Below, piece by piece: positions 63,933 through 64,000 of a stretch of 64,000 nucleotides of DNA; position 1 is the first letter of the stretch, and each line of letters opens with the position of its first letter. This DNA is from Chthoniobacterales bacterium (GTDB taxonomy: Bacteria > Verrucomicrobiota > Verrucomicrobiia > Chthoniobacterales > JAFAMB01). The stretch lies in NCBI GenBank assembly GCA_036401335.1, contig DASWVC010000033.1, positions 291 to 64,290 of the forward strand, written 5' to 3'. Below the pieces are notes generated by a model. It was given only the letters and a program-made list of their open reading frames with translations, searched no databases and had not been told where the DNA came from. The position numbers and the translations under genes are program-made.

Positions 63933-64000
63933 GGTTCGGGCGTGCCGCCAGCGCCGGCGAGCCTCGCCAAAAGCCTTTGTTCGATGGAGCGCCGATCGCT

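Overview
GC-rich bacterial chromosomal window of about 55 protein-coding genes, most of them housekeeping. The taxon is inference only: RRM-type RNA-binding proteins, a long-form IspG and the overall gene repertoire suggest a PVC/Verrucomicrobiota-like organism.

Conserved blocks, in order:
- hisC'-mnmE-pyrD
- yceD-rpmF-plsX-fabH
- coaD, guaA, aat, serS, smc
- a long minus-strand block: MTAP, NodB deacetylase, dynamin-like GTPase, cdsA, dxr, rseP, ispG
- infA, ispD, ilvD
- a LacI-controlled sugar-acid cluster (YtfQRT/YjfF-like ABC transporter, gluconokinase, GntP)
- an ECF sigma/anti-sigma pair
- a tripartite RND efflux operon

No rRNA, tRNA or CRISPR array was recognised. Many ORFs in the supplied track are antisense shadows typical of GC-rich DNA, or over-extended N-termini. 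I trimmed starts using conserved N-terminal motifs and checked the start codons in the sequence.

Observations worth a second look:
1. Two copies of an unclassified palindromic intergenic element. Its arms are TGAAC units phased every 10 bp, and the arms contain the stop codon of the upstream gene and abut the start codon of the downstream gene.
2. An orphan single-module NRPS (C-A-T-TE) with a non-canonical condensation active-site motif. It lies next to an AT-rich patch, a coupled upstream mini-ORF, a block-swapped inverted repeat and a transporter gene remnant.
3. A recurrent pattern of deletion scars: an internally deleted RRM gene, an FGGY kinase reduced to its two ends, and DJ-1/PfpI, alpha/beta-hydrolase and DMT stubs. 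One cluster of these sits beside an IS630 element.
4. Near-ideal lac-type operators in the divergent LacI/ytfQ-like intergenic region.
5. A lycopene-cyclase-domain gene co-directional with the ECF sigma/anti-sigma pair.

No canonical defence or mobile island is evident. All functional interpretations of these items are hypotheses.
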